34,256 bases of DNA, taken from assembly GCF_001194135.2 (NCBI RefSeq), contig NC_068981.1, positions 198,463,286 through 198,497,541 on the forward strand. Direction: 5' to 3'. Shown here one piece after another: positions 33,670-34,256 of this stretch. Source of the DNA: Octopus bimaculoides (lineage: Eukaryota). The first letter of the stretch is position 1. Every line of letters begins with the position of its first letter. Made by a program: the position numbers and the translations under genes. The notes beneath the pieces are model-generated. The model ran no database searches. It saw only the letters and a program-made list of their open reading frames with translations, and was not told the origin of the DNA.

Positions 33670-34256
33670 GACAGAGCACCGGGCTGAATAACAACATGGA
33701 TGTGCTACACCGGGCTCCCTATACAAAAACAAATCTAATCCAATAACATCGATGGAATTAGGCAAAAGAACTGGTAGAAGATTTGAAGGAAGCGGTCTTT
33801 TAACGAAGATAATTTTTTTAAAATAATTTTTATTCTTAAAAAATGAAATTTTACTGCCATACAAAGCACAGGTCCTCCTATGCACGATGTCTCAGTGAAA
33901 CACGTGCGATCACACACGCAAAACCAACACCGGAAAGTTTACAAACTATATAAAAAAGAAATGGAACAAAATAGTATGTACATATATTGAATAACTACGC
34001 ACACACTCGAACGTGTACACAATGATATATACGTTTTGATACCCACAGAACTACACATGCATCTTAATGTTTACACAACTACGTGAAAATCACAGGACAC
34101 ACTCACGCATACAAAAACACATATCACACAGGAAGCAAAACCAAAACCCTTTTTTTCCCTTCTTTATTTATGTTCATTTTGTGAACAAACACAGACAGTG
34201 AACCATTCATAAGTTTAAAACGCCACACACACACACACACAAAAAAAAAAATACAC

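Noticed and set aside
33765-33804. Peptide-like frame AKELVEDLKEAVF* as a terminal exon
   Set aside because: Poor acceptor context and no recognisable homology.

Overview
Eukaryotic, AT-rich, gap-ridden scaffold that is almost entirely decayed transposable elements and microsatellites. It is most likely a cephalopod (Octopus-like) genome; this is inferred from the SINE families and (GAT)n-tailed RTE LINEs and was not checked by search. No intact protein-coding gene, rRNA, tRNA gene or CRISPR array is supported. Recognisable content: many RTE-clade LINE fragments (APE endonuclease, RT, modular 3' UTR), R4/Dong-type and other restriction-like-endonuclease (RLE) retrotransposon fragments, two Tx1/L1-like 3' ends, three tRNA-derived SINE families, a mariner remnant and two hAT elements with 8-bp TSDs. 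Several nested insertions can be reconstructed to the base. The best leads are: a SPIN/GTF2IRD2-like hAT inside a mariner gene (horizontal-transfer candidate), a chain of different retroelements joined by (TTA)n tracts, a ~210-bp near-perfect foldback, a degenerate hammerhead-like motif, and a CpG-retaining unique island with possible host first exons. I did not find convincing evidence of a wholly new biological system. All family calls come from manual translation and motif recognition.
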